DNA of 62,452 bases, counting the filler, from Catajapyx aquilonaris (Eukaryota): assembly GCA_000934665.2 (NCBI GenBank). It is 4 parts of 4 records of this genome, joined end to end, with 100 filler letters (N's around TTAATTAATTAA, not from the genome) between each part and the next. Parts side by side here need not be neighbours in the genome. Positions count along the whole stretch, not along the records: positions 46,938 to 62,452 come from JYFJ02007479.1; 3 more parts are not named here. One strand, written 5' to 3'. The notes beneath the pieces were generated by a model. It had not been told where the DNA came from and ran no database searches. It saw only the letters and a program-made list of their open reading frames with translations. Shown here in pieces: positions 61,616-62,452 of this stretch; the first letter of the stretch is position 1; the number at the start of each line of letters is the position of its first letter. The position numbers and the translations under genes were made by a program.

Positions 61616-61952
61616 CATAAAAAAATTTGGATAAAAAAATTGGGGGAAGTACAAAATTTGAAACCATTTACAGGCCTGTTTCTATGGTAATCACCAACAA
61701 AATTCTGTTGCCACTGGCAAACAAAATTATTTTTTTTGACTTACATACGTAGATTATCAAAATATGTTATTTATTTATTAATTTATAGCAGCGAACCCGT
61801 GTGTAGTGTCTGGTACATATGTTGAACTTGGTGTCAGTCAACCTACACAGAAGTGTTTGATAGTGGAGGGATAATTGGACAGTGTTATGCAATAATGGGT
61901 CAACCCACAAAAATGTCAAAATTGAGCCAAGCCCAGGAAGATACACCTAAAG

Positions 61953-62169
61953 CAGAGGTTCTTAACCTTTTAGGGCCTCCGCACCCCTTTGTAGACAATA
62001 TATAGGTCCTTGTCGCACCCCCTTTACCAGGGGTGATTGATTACGTTCATAGTTTGACCAGTTATTAGCTCTTGCTTAGATTAAGTCCAGAGGTGCACCT
62101 TGCTCGCACCCCCAGTGAAGCCACCTCGCACCCCCTGGAGGTGCGGGCACCCCAGGCTAAGAACCGCCG
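61953..62169. mobile_element. hAT/Charlie-like MITE
   Basis: CAGAGGTTCTTAACC ... GGCTAAGAACCGCCG; perfect 8-bp TSD ACCTAAAG; CGCACCCC repeats. Confidence 0.82.
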
Positions 62170-62281
62170 ACCTAAAGGATCCTACTTCATTCAGTTAAAA
62201 TCACGCTGGTGAAATCTGCATACTTCTGCCATAAATGACTGAAAAGAACGCTGAATTAATTTCACAGGTATGGCCTTCAAG

Positions 62282-62452
62282 CAGGGATGGGCACTAAATA
62301 CTTGAATGTAATTAAATACTAAATACTAACTACTGCAAAAAAATGTAATTAAATTCTAAATACTAAATACTGCACAAGAAAGTAATTAGATACTAAATAC
62401 TAAATACATCAAAAGTATTTAAATACTTTCGTAAATACATTTCAAATACATT
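62282..62452. mobile_element. Left end of a hAT-like element with (TAAATAC)n sub-terminal repeats, truncated by the window end
   Basis: CAGGGATGGGCA terminus followed by about 10 AAATAC repeats. Confidence 0.55.

Overview
Eukaryotic (arthropod-like invertebrate) genomic DNA made of four contigs joined by three 100-nt N-linkers that contain the six-frame-stop spacer TTAATTAATTAA, so adjacency across the linkers is not guaranteed. Spliced host genes, all on the minus strand and reconstructed by hand from GT-AG junctions and reading-frame phase, are a 9-exon SLC17/sialin-type MFS anion transporter (20401-25143), a 3-coding-exon AKAP17A (35350-46014) and four 5' exons of PRMT9 (47142-58217). An intronless C1orf74/DUF4504-like ORF (56966-57667) is nested on the same strand inside a PRMT9 intron. 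An intronless ankyrin-repeat ORF has duplicated fragments. The rest is dominated by transposon relics: piggyBac, Mutator-like, Harbinger, mariner, hAT, P-like, Kolobok-like, Helitron-like, RTE and several tRNA-derived SINE families. The most striking structural theme is a high density of fold-back (near-fully palindromic) elements from different superfamilies, several nested Russian-doll style or lying inside host introns and UTRs. There is also a 1.1-kb head-to-head inverted duplication of an apparent gene 5' end (29176-30258). No prokaryote-type system (CRISPR, operon, rRNA) is present. All family assignments come from recalled motifs, not database searches.
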